This document shows, piece after piece, positions 14,549-14,932 of a DNA stretch of 14,932 bases. The translations under genes and the position numbers were made by a program. Below the pieces are notes generated by a model, which was not told where the DNA came from, ran no database searches, and saw only the letters and a program-made list of their open reading frames with translations. Source of the DNA: a virus (Duplodnaviria; Heunggongvirae; Uroviricota; Caudoviricetes); IMG/VR virus record IMGVR_UViG_2654587792_000025; one strand, written 5' to 3'. The stretch's first letter is position 1, and each line of letters begins with the position of its first letter.

Positions 14549-14560
14549 TACTTACCTATC
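14549..14560 (-). promoter_or_regulatory. Recurrent motif GATAGGTAAGTA (coding-strand orientation) upstream of the holin-like gene
   Basis: Plus strand reads tacttacctatc, identical to 4777-4788, and is embedded in the inverted repeat ataggt...acctat. Confidence 0.4.
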
Positions 14561-14792
14561 ATTCAGCATTGCAACGGACTGATGAGAAAGCACCTACTCC
14601 TACCCATCGCCAGTTATAGATGCTACCCGCTTTGTATAAGGTATAGTCGTTCACTTTTTTAACAGCATATATGGGTATGACTGTCTCCTGTCCACCAATG
14701 ATAGCTTCACCATAACATATAGGTGTCGGCAATTTCTGGCAGCCAGTAAGAGAGAGAACAACAGCTATTGTTAGAAATAATCTTTTCATCAT
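14559..14792 (-). CDS. Small lipoprotein (77 aa), possible superinfection-exclusion-type lipoprotein
   Basis: Signal peptide MMKRLFLTIAVVLSLTG followed by lipobox Cys (LTG-C), then a short mature domain with three further Cys. The function is only an analogy to small phage lipoproteins. Confidence 0.55.
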   Translation of the reverse strand: MMKRLFLTIAVVLSLTGCQKLPTPICYGEAIIGGQETVIPIYAVKKVNDYTLYKAGSIYNWRWVGVGAFSSVRCNAE

Positions 14793-14932
14793 TTACTCAT
14801 CAGTTATACAGATTTCTATTTATTACCGGTACTGGATTTGCCCCTATATTTCCAGACATCTGTTATCACTTAACCCATTACAAGCCTGCTGCCGCAGATA
14901 TTCCCGTGGCGAGCGATAACCCAGCGCACTAT

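Noticed and set aside
1-14932. CRISPR array, integrase/attachment site, insertion sequence or transposase
   Set aside because: No regularly spaced direct repeats with unique spacers were seen, and no ORF has recombinase or transposase hallmarks. The tRNAs look element-encoded rather than an integration target, though this cannot be excluded without flanking sequence.

Overview
This window reads as a compact phage or phage-plasmid segment, with almost all genes on the minus strand. Calls are by eye from the sequence and ORF track; no searches were run. Left to right: (1) a 5'-truncated, AT-rich plus-strand gene with a HEPN-like R-x4-H motif, closed by a bidirectional hairpin terminator; (2) three minus-strand tRNA genes (Ser-UGA, atypical; Thr-UGU; Asn-GUU) flanked by long perfect inverted repeats; (3) a ~750-bp ORF-poor, highly structured region; (4) a minus-strand operon of overlapping small membrane-protein genes, an ATP-dependent DNA ligase, two unknown genes, a DnaG-like primase, a DnaB-like helicase and a 246-249 aa unknown gene; (5) a divergent plus-strand 357-aa unknown gene; (6) a small ParA / small ParB-like partition pair, which suggests an extrachromosomal plasmid-prophage lifestyle; (7) a two-gene unknown operon (139 + 257 aa) with its own terminator; (8) a lysis cassette (holin candidate, peptidoglycan-hydrolase candidate, overlapping Rz/Rz1 spanins) preceded by a small lipoprotein. 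The best candidates for something undescribed are the HEPN-like edge gene, the 139/257-aa operon, the structured region beside the tRNAs, and a family of AAGTA/TACTT-core motifs that recur in intergenic regions.
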